Sequence record: ON286972.1 | Length of the DNA: 64,000 bases | Direction: 5' to 3' (one strand) | Shown: positions 1 through 8,924 of the stretch, in pieces | Layout: every line of letters begins with the position of its first letter | How positions within the stretch are numbered: position 1 is the stretch's first letter | Made by a program: the position numbers and the translations under genes | Notes under the pieces: model-generated | What the model saw: only the letters and a program-made list of their open reading frames with translations | The model's database searches: none | What the model was told of the DNA's origin: nothing

Positions 1-3000
1 CCATGAACCAGTGATATATCCATACAATTTAATCAATTCTTGAACTGCACCATAGGTTGGTTCATAGATATAATCACCGAAAATCGTCTGATCATCAAAA
101 ATAACAGCATGTTCATAAGAACTGATACTTAAACGAATAAGTGCTATGCGTTTATTTGATTCTTCAGTAGTTCTTACCGTGAATATGTTACCAATACGAG
201 ATGTTTCAATCTCAAATTGACGTATACCTTGGTTTGAATCATCTAATAATGACCAAACACCACCACTATTTTGTGCAATTGACTGAACTGAACCAAAATC
301 TGTACCAAATTTAGCATTAATTGCTGATGGGGTACAAGAAATGAATTCACCAGTACTCAATTGTTGTTGACTCCAGATTAAAAAGTCTTTTGCAATTGTA
401 TTCCAGTCCTGTTGGATACCAGATTCATCAACTTCTTCAAAAATCCAACCATGTTGCTTTAGATACTCACCATAACCACAAATAAATGTGTAAACTTCCT
501 GGAAGGTATTCATCAAAGTTCCGTAAGGAATGGATGCATCATTTTTCCACTCATTATAATGAACAACATTACGATTATCAACTTTCAAAGATACTTTATG
601 ACCGTTTTTAACAGGCAATTTATAATTGAATGTTGCAGAAACTAAATCATAACCATCAATTTGGTAAGCACTACCAGTCCAAGTAATTTTAATTGCACTC
701 ATTTGCTCATTTCTAATATTATTAGAACGAACTAAACCGATAGATTGGTTTTCTTGTGAAATTAGACCAGTTGCTTCTGATGTAAATGTTAATTGATCAG
801 CTTTAGTGAATCCACCTAGTTTATGACCCACATTAATATGAGAAGAACGAACAATTTCACCGTACTTAGTTGTAATATTTTTGTTTTGATACATCAAATA
901 ATCACTAACAATCATTTGATAACCAATAACGCGAGTACTATTCTCACCATGTACGATTGTATCACTATTAAAGTTCAAACGTAAACGAGTATCACCATAT
1001 AAAAACTGTGGTTCATTACCAGATACAGTTTTTAATGTATTATTTCGGGTATCCCAGAAATAGTTTGTGAACTGTGCAGGTTTAGCTTTGAATAACATCA
1101 ATAATTCATCATATGCAAACATTGCTGTGTTCATATAAGTGAATTCCATATCACCCATATCACCATAAGTCCACGGTTCAGCACGATGATTTAGACTACC
1201 ATATACAAGACCTAAAACTTCAGGAGCAATGTACTCAATGACGCAAATATCAACACCAGATGCTGTCTGCTTGCCTGTTTTAGTGATCTTAAAGGGTTGT
1301 GTACCAAAACGTTTGTACTTGTCATATTGACCTTTACGTGCACCAAACAAGATAGTACCCGTTGAGCTATCACCTTTCTCGTTACCAACGTCCCATAACC
1401 CACTAGGAACCATGTTACCTTGTTCGTTGATAACTAATGCCTCATAAACATAAACAACATCACCATCACGTTCGCCAACTTGAACTGCGGTAGGTTCATA
1501 TTCCTGGTTCCACCAAACTGGACGTTGGGAGAAACCAAACATTTCCCACGGATGGGTTGCTGGGCGATATGTACCAAATTGGTCAGTGTAGATTGCTCGC
1601 CATGAACCACGGGCTGCTATTTGTGTTTGTTGACCATTAACCATATAATGTGTTCCAGTATAGTTCCAAGTCATCCAGTTATTTGGATCATAATCATGTG
1701 AACTGTTACTGATACCATTGGTTGCGATGAAGTTAATATAACCACGTAGTAGTAAGTTCTTTTTCTCTTCGTCATTATACTCTGTATCTCTGAAATACGG
1801 AGTCGGGAAAAGATCAGAAGCATCTAGCTTAGGTTGGTAATCTTCATCTTTGAAAATAACATCAATACTATTGAAAATTCTATTTTCTAACTCATATATA
1901 ACGTCATCCATTTTATCAACACCGTTTATTACACGGTATGCTTTAGTGATTGCACCTGTATGACTGATGTTATAACAGCTTTGCTTACTACCAGCATTCA
2001 AAAATGTTGCTTTTTCTGGAACGTGTGCTTTCAAAATACCCAAAAACTGTGGAGTTGGTGGTACAAACGCACGAATGAAGCCAGAAGTACTTGCTACGTT
2101 ATCATAATAGAATGGGAAAGTATTATCATGACCCATATTAATAATTGTTAGAATTTCATCAACAATATTAGAAGCATTATTAGCTAAGAAGTTTGCTGGG
2201 TTCTCATTGTACAAACGGATCATTTGTGTATTGAACTTGTTTACGAAACGGAAATATTCGGATTGCATAAACAATACAGATTCAAATAGGTCAATATCTT
2301 CATTTGCAGAATGTGCCATTAACGGTAGCATTGATGCTTCGTTTTGAATAATCTTAGTACCAACGGAGTTATCCACTAAACCTTTAGACAAACGATCTTC
2401 GTAGTCGTTGAAATCATCAACGGAACCACTGGTGATATTCTTTTGAATGATATCTTTAAAATGTAATGTAAAATTACTTTGGTTGATATAAAGAATATTA
2501 TCGTTGTATGGGTTATTTTGTAAATTGATTGGGATTTCATATGCACCCAACTCTTTATTTGGTACTTCAGTACTGCTGTATGTTCTAATTTGAATCACTG
2601 ATTCATCTTTAAGAGCTACATCTTCACCTAAAGTGATGCTTTGAACCTTGTTATTATATACATGACGTGTATAATCGGTTACATCAACTCCATCAACTTG
2701 AATTTCAATGATTTCGGTACTCTTACCATCAATAATTTTCTGGGCTAATTCAAATGTGCGATTGAAACGTTCACTTTGAATACCTTCACCACTAATTACA
2801 TGCCAATCCATATAGGTTTGACGTTCTTCTTTGTAATATTGATAGGTACGATCCACTTCAGTAACATATGCATACATACCTTCTAATGGATTTTTAAAGT
2901 TTTCCATTTCGAATACAGTATTGAATACACGATACATATCAGTGTGTTCTATTTGTGGCGTTTGTTTAACGAATTGCTTTGAATCTTCCTTAGAACGAAC

Positions 3001-4347
3001 CCAATCGGTCTTAAGGTGTAGTTCATTATCTTTACCAACTACATTATAGTAGTACAATCCAGAAATTTCAGTTTCAACACCCAAATGATCATATGTATAA
3101 CGAACACTTTGTAGGAAGTTTTCGTACATATAGTAATTATAATTACCTAGTTCGATATTATAACCATATACTTTATCAGTGCCGTAATTATAGTTGATTT
3201 TAAAACCAAATAGGGATGAACCAACAAAATTACTTGATGGATAAATTGTAGAATCATTTAATTTAAAACCATCACGGTCATATAATTGGAATTGTGGGAA
3301 TACGTTTACACCAGATTTTGTTTGTGCTCTAATCCAGTTAACACCATTCCAGTACATGGATGTATTTTTATATACATTACCATCACGCACCAAAATAACA
3401 TCACCATTATGTGGCTCACCACTTGGGCGGTCGTCAGTTTCTTCATCTGGGTCCAATGCTAGACCATATGTGCGAGAACCATCTTGCATTTTCTTAATAA
3501 AAACTTTATAAATGCGGTTGTTTTCACCAACGTTACCTATACTAGTGAAAAGAATACGCATACCATCTTGTGGAATAATCCCGTCAATACGAATACCATC
3601 ATTTACGTCTTTTTGGACGATATCTTCTGGTTTAATTGTATCAGAGAAAAGATCCACAACACCACGGAAATGTGTCCCGTAGTTAATTAATTCGATATTT
3701 TTATTGTACTCGATGATTGGTGCTTGTGCACGAATAAAACGAGTATCTTGTGTCATGTCAGCAGTTAGTACTGTTCCATCTTCTAGTGTTTGACCAATAG
3801 TATACCAAAAGTTCTGTAGGGACCATGTGTTTCCGTTATCAGCACCACGTTCCATAACAATAAAGTCAGGAGTTGTGATACCATAACTATTTTTACTATC
3901 CCACAAATAGGAACTATAGTTGGTCATTTTGTTTGGGTTAATTGGCGGTGTCCAAGAATAGAACTTACCAGAAAATAGACGGCTCTCGTTTGAAGTTAAC
4001 GTGCCGTAGTGTTCCATGTAGCCAACCAAATCATCATAAAATTGAAGCGAACGAATGCTTGTGTCATCATTACGAGACACATATGCTGTTGATAATTGAT
4101 ATAGCTGACGTTCAACGGTTGCTTCGTCAAGGAAAATCTTAGCAGATGCAGCAGGAGAACCCATATCACCAATATATCCATCAACGATTTCATTATCCGC
4201 TGGATTGAACCATTGTTGAATTACATCATCACTAACCTTTTGAATGTCTTCTAAGCCTTGCATCCATTCAGGTAATCTTTTAATGAAAAGCTTCTGTTGT
4301 ACTGCTTCTGCCGTTTTAGTTGGTAGAAACTTAAAATTATTAGTCAT
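1..4347 (-). CDS. Very large virion structural protein (N-terminal 1449 codons; runs off the left edge; absent from the ORF track)
   Basis: ATG at 4347 with GGAG SD and upstream CATAAATA. Reads MTNNFKFLPTKTAEAVQQKLFIKRLPEW... and is open in every segment translated by hand (e.g. DGIRIDGIIPQDGMRILFTS, EDRLSKGLVDNSVGTKIIQN, IDGYDLVSATFNYKLPVKNG). Lies next to the baseplate wedge gene. Confidence 0.85.
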   Translation of the reverse strand, partial: MTNNFKFLPTKTAEAVQQKLFIKRLPEWMQGLEDIQKVSDDVIQQWFNPADNEIVDGYIGDMGSPAASAKIFLDEATVERQLYQLSTAYVSRNDDTSIRSLQFYDDLVGYMEHYGTLTSNESRLFSGKFYSWTPPINPNKMTNYSSYLWDSKNSYGITTPDFIVMERGADNGNTWSLQNFWYTIGQTLEDGTVLTADMTQDTRFIRAQAPIIEYNKNIELINYGTHFRGVVDLFSDTIKPEDIVQKDVNDGIRIDGIIPQDGMRILFTSIGNVGENNRIYKVFIKKMQDGSRTYGLALDPDEETDDRPSGEPHNGDVILVRDGNVYKNTSMYWNGVNWIRAQTKSGVNVFPQFQLYDRDGFKLNDSTIYPSSNFVGSSLFGFKINYNYGTDKVYGYNIELGNYNYYMYENFLQSVRYTYDHLGVETEISGLYYYNVVGKDNELHLKTDWVRSKEDSKQFVKQTPQIEHTDMYRVFNTVFEMENFKNPLEGMYAYVTEVDRTYQYYKEERQTYMDWHVISGEGIQSERFNRTFELAQKIIDGKSTEIIEIQVDGVDVTDYTRHVYNNKVQSITLGEDVALKDESVIQIRTYSSTEVPNKELGAYEIPINLQNNPYNDNILYINQSNFTLHFKDIIQKNITSGSVDDFNDYEDRLSKGLVDNSVGTKIIQNEASMLPLMAHSANEDIDLFESVLFMQSEYFRFVNKFNTQMIRLYNENPANFLANNASNIVDEILTIINMGHDNTFPFYYDNVASTSGFIRAFVPPTPQFLGILKAHVPEKATFLNAGSKQSCYNISHTGAITKAYRVINGVDKMDDVIYELENRIFNSIDVIFKDEDYQPKLDASDLFPTPYFRDTEYNDEEKKNLLLRGYINFIATNGISNSSHDYDPNNWMTWNYTGTHYMVNGQQTQIAARGSWRAIYTDQFGTYRPATHPWEMFGFSQRPVWWNQEYEPTAVQVGERDGDVVYVYEALVINEQGNMVPSGLWDVGNEKGDSSTGTILFGARKGQYDKYKRFGTQPFKITKTGKQTASGVDICVIEYIAPEVLGLVYGSLNHRAEPWTYGDMGDMEFTYMNTAMFAYDELLMLFKAKPAQFTNYFWDTRNNTLKTVSGNEPQFLYGDTRLRLNFNSDTIVHGENSTRVIGYQMIVSDYLMYQNKNITTKYGEIVRSSHINVGHKLGGFTKADQLTFTSEATGLISQENQSIGLVRSNNIRNEQMSAIKITWTGSAYQIDGYDLVSATFNYKLPVKNGHKVSLKVDNRNVVHYNEWKNDASIPYGTLMNTFQEVYTFICGYGEYLKQHGWIFEEVDESGIQQDWNTIAKDFLIWSQQQLSTGEFISCTPSAINAKFGTDFGSVQSIAQNSGGVWSLLDDSNQGIRQFEIETSRIGNIFTVRTTEESNKRIALIRLSISSYEHAVIFDDQTIFGDYIYEPTYGAVQELIKLYGYITGSW

Positions 4348-4383
4348 GTATAGGACTCCATAAATTCGTTCATTCATTTGATT

Positions 4384-4391
4384 TATTTATG
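4384..4391 (-). promoter_or_regulatory. T4-like late promoter (CATAAATA)
   Basis: NATAAATA just upstream of the giant structural gene. Confidence 0.55.
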
Positions 4392-4395
4392 CTAT

Positions 4396-4419
4396 AAAAA
4401 AGGCGACCCGAAGGCCGCC
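4396..4419 (-). terminator. Intrinsic terminator after baseplate wedge gene
   Basis: GGCGGCC-TTCG-GGTCGCC then TTTTTT on the minus strand. Confidence 0.9.
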
Positions 4420-4428
4420 ACGATTTTA

Positions 4429-7400
4429 TTAAAAACCAATATTAATATTACTTTTAGCTAGAGAGTTAACGATTTGTACGTTATCAACGGTAGCAGTACT
4501 AATGAATATTTGGTCAGGTCTAGAAGGTATCTCAAACAATGAACCAAACTTAGAATTAGGGTTTTGAGCTACAATTACAACAGTACTAATGTGTCTACCA
4601 AGTTGGGTATGAAGGTACGTACACAAATCAGTATAATAGAAACTTTCACCAAAATCCCAGTTCTCAACTGCAAAGTACTGGTTAGTTAATGAAACAATAT
4701 TTTGACGAATTTCATCATCACTCATTGTACTATTAGGTAATTTCACTACTTTGAAATCAGCTTTATAATCCGGTGCTGCACTATTACCAAATAAAGGCAA
4801 ATATTCAGCACTGTGCCATATCAAACTATCACTAATTACAGTTTTCTTCTCAACATCCTTGAAGATATCTTGTAATTCAACCGATGTTGGTGGTTTAGGC
4901 ATATCACCTTTAGCACCATTCTTCAACCAAATATCAACTTCTGTCTTATATGAGTTTGTTAAAACATACATATCAATTAAGTTGGTTCTGCTTGGGTCGA
5001 TTCGATTATCATCTGGTGCATAATGCTTCCAGTGGAAGTTAATAGACGTTCTAGCATTAGTTTTTATAGTAAGTTCAGATGTAATATCCTTATAACCATA
5101 ATAATTAAGCTTTTTATTAGCGTCAACACTTGTACCCATGTTTTTAATACAACGATAGAAAGCAGTTTCTGGAGTAGCCGCACTTGGGTCTGTAACTTCA
5201 GTCATGTTCTGAATTAGAACACCCAAACGGTCATTGTTATTACCAACTGTTTGTTCGATGAAGTAATATTGCCCTTCGTATTGGAATGCAATAATAAAAC
5301 CAGTACCTTTACTATATAGTTCACTTAGTGTAGTTGAGCGAATTTCATTATTACGAATGAATTCTTGTCTCTTGTACGCATTAGTTTCCGCTAATGCCTG
5401 ATCCATTGTGTAATTCCATGTTGAATCCATGATAGTGAATGATGAATTTGGTAATGTCAATGAAGAAATAGTAAAATCTTCATTTTGTTGAAATACCAAT
5501 ATACCACCATATTTTCTAGAATCTTCACCTGTCCAATCAGGAACAATAGATTGGAATTGGTTAGGATTTAATGGAATACCATTACTATCCATACTTTCTG
5601 ATGTAATTACAACTCTTGAACCATCCAAATAACCATTTTCTTGTTTTATTGTATCCAGAATCTGGAAATCAATGTTATTGGTTAGGCCCACGTTACTAGT
5701 ACTGGTAGAGTTTGATGAAAGAATCTCAATTTTATCACTTTGCACTGAACCAGTACTAATATCAGTGATTTTCTTAGAGCTTACAAAGTAAAAACGAACT
5801 TTTTCTCCACCAACAAATACATACTCAACACCATTGGAATCAAATTCCCATGTTTCAGCAGTGTATTGGATGTTAACCATCACCTGTACTAACGAACCAT
5901 TGTATGTTATAGTATCACTAGTGGTTGTCATTTCCAAAGGAACCCATGTAGTGGATACAATATCATAAATTAGAATAAAGTTAGTTTTCTTATCTAACAT
6001 TGCAGCAATATTTTGTACTTCAACTGTGTTGAAACGAGTTCTATATGGGCTAATGTACTCCTGAATCTGCATAGAGGAAGAAATTGGTGTACTTAGAACA
6101 TAAAAACCGTTAGGTAACACGCTAACAATACTAGCCCATACGATATTATTTGAACTACTACCGAATTTAATTAATGTACCAACTTTATAATCACCATAAA
6201 TTGTACCAGTTGCCCCAATAATACGACCATAAGTATTAGTTGCATAGCTTGAACTATATGATGGAACCCAGTTTTGTTGTAATTCAACACGTACTGTATT
6301 CTGCGGATATGCTTGATACTTCTGAATAACAGCATTTTCACCAATTAATGGTTGTATATCATCGATAACAATACTAGAATTAGATTTAGTACTTGGTAAA
6401 TTAACAGATTTATTGTATTTGGTGACATTTTTGTACATTGCACCATCATCACTAAACACGTCAGTGTTTTGATACTTACCAGTTGGGTCATTTATGTCAA
6501 TAAATCGTGATTGTCCACTGTAAATTCGGTTAATCGCTTTAGATTTCAGTACTGCATTACCTTGACTCAACGGAGCAATGTTATAATCTTCACCATTCAC
6601 AAAACGGTTTTGAGTATAATACATTTGTGGTGCACGAGCTTTAATTTGCTCAAGGGTTTCTGCACTTTGTGCACGGTCTGATTCAAATTGTAAACTAAAT
6701 TTAATATCTAATGTACTATTCTCATAGTTAGATTGTGATTTAGTTCTGTAAATGTACTTAACACTTTTGTTTTGAATGTCAGCAGTTTTGATGTTGTATG
6801 TTTCGCCATTACTAACACGATACCAAACGCGATATGTACCACGTGGAACAACACCACTACGTGAATCAGGGAACTTAATACTGATTTGGTCACGATCACG
6901 AGTAGTTACCGCATAAATTGTTTTAAGTTGGCGTGTTACAGTGTTATATGCGATACTTTCCATCGATGGAACCTTAGTCCATTTAGTACGAACTATACCA
7001 TCTTCAGTGATTTCCTGTACCCATACGTCAGTTTCGTTAATATTGTCTACGTTTATATCCTGAATACGGTTTTCTTGTCTTACATCGTATTGGAAATCTT
7101 GATATTGTAATGTTCCTTGAATAAAATAAACAAAGAATCCAGTATTAGGTGAACTAAAACCATTACCATCATTCTGATACACAATATATTTCTGTTCTTG
7201 TGGCTCAGGGTGTCTTTCATCAACACCAATAACGTTAATATCTGGGTTTACGACTTCAAATGTCATCGATTCACCATTTACTGTTGCGGTGAATGGTAAA
7301 TTAGGTGCAGACATAGGTAAAGTGTTCATTCTATACAAATGACGAGACACACCATTAATATCTAAACGTTTTACTGGATTACCAAACTGGTTCGTACTGA

Positions 7401-7893
7401 CAAATGCACTATTCATCACCAGAATAAAGTTTTCATACCAGTTAGAGTCCATTGGGTCATTCCAACGGATAATTTTATCTTTAAGAGATTCGTTATAGCT
7501 GTTGCGAACGTCTTGGTTAGTTTTAATTTCAGTTAGTTTTGCTGTTGCTCGCCCTGGATATGCACGACGAGGTGAATATGAGATCATTTTAGCTAATTTA
7601 AGTACAGATGCACGACGACTAGCAGTATCTAGGAAGTTTTCACGCGTGTTTAAATCCATACGAAATGCTAAGTTTTGTCCAAGCATCGCAATGGTATCTA
7701 AAATGAAGATAAACTGGTCATTCTCAATCCAGTCATTGAATGAATCAGGATATGTTTGACGCAAATAATCAATCATACTTTGACGTATAGTATCGAAGTC
7801 ATAAGCCGTCAGATTTATTTTATAGAAACTTTCATATACCTGGGTCCAGTCTTCCCCCGCGTATAAATTAGATTGTCTTTTTTGTTGTGACAT
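4429..7893 (-). CDS. Baseplate wedge protein (T4 gp6-like, extended)
   Basis: 1154 aa. N-terminal DFDTIRQSMIDYL...ENFLDTASRRASVLKLAKMISYSPRR and RFVNGEDY motifs are typical of gp6/baseplate-J-like wedge proteins. Adjacent to the gp25-like gene. Confidence 0.8.
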   Translation of the reverse strand: MSQQKRQSNLYAGEDWTQVYESFYKINLTAYDFDTIRQSMIDYLRQTYPDSFNDWIENDQFIFILDTIAMLGQNLAFRMDLNTRENFLDTASRRASVLKLAKMISYSPRRAYPGRATAKLTEIKTNQDVRNSYNESLKDKIIRWNDPMDSNWYENFILVMNSAFVSTNQFGNPVKRLDINGVSRHLYRMNTLPMSAPNLPFTATVNGESMTFEVVNPDINVIGVDERHPEPQEQKYIVYQNDGNGFSSPNTGFFVYFIQGTLQYQDFQYDVRQENRIQDINVDNINETDVWVQEITEDGIVRTKWTKVPSMESIAYNTVTRQLKTIYAVTTRDRDQISIKFPDSRSGVVPRGTYRVWYRVSNGETYNIKTADIQNKSVKYIYRTKSQSNYENSTLDIKFSLQFESDRAQSAETLEQIKARAPQMYYTQNRFVNGEDYNIAPLSQGNAVLKSKAINRIYSGQSRFIDINDPTGKYQNTDVFSDDGAMYKNVTKYNKSVNLPSTKSNSSIVIDDIQPLIGENAVIQKYQAYPQNTVRVELQQNWVPSYSSSYATNTYGRIIGATGTIYGDYKVGTLIKFGSSSNNIVWASIVSVLPNGFYVLSTPISSSMQIQEYISPYRTRFNTVEVQNIAAMLDKKTNFILIYDIVSTTWVPLEMTTTSDTITYNGSLVQVMVNIQYTAETWEFDSNGVEYVFVGGEKVRFYFVSSKKITDISTGSVQSDKIEILSSNSTSTSNVGLTNNIDFQILDTIKQENGYLDGSRVVITSESMDSNGIPLNPNQFQSIVPDWTGEDSRKYGGILVFQQNEDFTISSLTLPNSSFTIMDSTWNYTMDQALAETNAYKRQEFIRNNEIRSTTLSELYSKGTGFIIAFQYEGQYYFIEQTVGNNNDRLGVLIQNMTEVTDPSAATPETAFYRCIKNMGTSVDANKKLNYYGYKDITSELTIKTNARTSINFHWKHYAPDDNRIDPSRTNLIDMYVLTNSYKTEVDIWLKNGAKGDMPKPPTSVELQDIFKDVEKKTVISDSLIWHSAEYLPLFGNSAAPDYKADFKVVKLPNSTMSDDEIRQNIVSLTNQYFAVENWDFGESFYYTDLCTYLHTQLGRHISTVVIVAQNPNSKFGSLFEIPSRPDQIFISTATVDNVQIVNSLAKSNINIGF

Positions 7894-7950
7894 TTATTAA
7901 TCCTTTAAGCCAATAAAGTACTGGGTCAGTACTGAAATTTTATATAGAAA

Positions 7951-7958
7951 TATTTATC
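7951..7958 (-). promoter_or_regulatory. Late promoter (GATAAATA)
   Basis: Between the gp25 terminator and the wedge gene. Confidence 0.55.
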
Positions 7959-7960
7959 CA

Positions 7961-7986
7961 AAAGAAAAGCACTCCGAAGAGTGCTT
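7961..7986 (-). terminator. Intrinsic terminator after gp25-like gene
   Basis: AAGCACTC-TTCG-GAGTGCTT then TTCTTT. Confidence 0.9.
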
Positions 7987-7992
7987 AGTAAA

Positions 7993-8388
7993 TTATAATT
8001 TAGATGTTGTGAATGTCGCCATTCTATTATTACTTCTGGCATCAAACACTATAGTTAGTTGTTCTAATTTATCAAGCATTACATACTCTAAAATTATATC
8101 CAAACGATAACCATATTCAACATTACTAACTGTTAGATTTTTTAAATTCAAACGTGGGTCTAATGAAATAATTCTACGAGCGTCAGCTTCTAAAAGATTT
8201 TTTGTATTATAACCATCAAGTTCAAAAATCAAATCCCAAGCAATGAAACCATAATCAGCATCAAATGCTCTTTCACCTTTCTTTGTATTGAAGTGGTTCA
8301 TCAAATCCTGTCTCACCAACTCAGCATCATACAGAGTTTGTGTTTTACCCACAACAGGAGTAGAGAAACCTTTAAAAACTATTGCCAT
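7993..8388 (-). CDS. gp25: Baseplate wedge subunit, gp25/GPW-like
   Basis: 131 aa with LVRQDLMNHFNTKKGER...YG...DPR motifs; baseplate context. Confidence 0.85.
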   Translation of the reverse strand: MAIVFKGFSTPVVGKTQTLYDAELVRQDLMNHFNTKKGERAFDADYGFIAWDLIFELDGYNTKNLLEADARRIISLDPRLNLKNLTVSNVEYGYRLDIILEYVMLDKLEQLTIVFDARSNNRMATFTTSKL

Positions 8389-8401
8389 AGACTTTCCTCA
8401 T

Positions 8402-8890
8402 TTATACGGATTCAACAATCCTTGCCATTTTTTCAGCACGAGAAGTTGTTTGACGATACCAAGCGGAATCACGCATTTCTTTGCCAGCGGTTTTATAATC
8501 ACCACGACCCAATGCTGCCATTGCTTTCTTAAAGTTCAATACACGAGATTTACCCATTTGGAATACCATCATCCAAAGTACACGTTGTACTTGAATAGGT
8601 GCAGTCATTCCGAATTGATCGTAAATCTCTTTTGCTTCTCTGTATGCATTTAGGGAATCTTTTTGAAGTAATGCTTCAGCTTCAGCTTCCGTTAGCCCTG
8701 CACTGAAATTTTCACCTTTTAGTACTAAGTGACCATATCCAATGGTATCTAGTCCTAGGCTATCTTTATAAACTCTGAATTTACCATTCTTGAAATAACC
8801 TAATTTAGTTTGGAAAGCAATAGTACCTTCAAACTCTTTAATTTCTTTCAAATACTGTGCATCATCAGGTTTAATTTCCCATTTACTCAT
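8402..8890 (-). CDS. T4-type lysozyme (GH24), stand-alone paralog of the gp5 lysozyme domain
   Basis: EG...YKDSLGLDTIGYGHL catalytic E/D/T motif; MVFQMG and SAWYRQT.SRA C-terminal motifs. Confidence 0.9.
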   Translation of the reverse strand: MSKWEIKPDDAQYLKEIKEFEGTIAFQTKLGYFKNGKFRVYKDSLGLDTIGYGHLVLKGENFSAGLTEAEAEALLQKDSLNAYREAKEIYDQFGMTAPIQVQRVLWMMVFQMGKSRVLNFKKAMAALGRGDYKTAGKEMRDSAWYRQTTSRAEKMARIVESV

Positions 8891-8924
8891 ATACTTCTCC
8901 TATAATATTTATTGGATAAAATAT

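Noticed and set aside
1212-4193. Five short ORF-track entries (63-68 aa)
   Set aside because: They lie inside or antisense to the giant minus-strand gene and have no SD or plausible composition.
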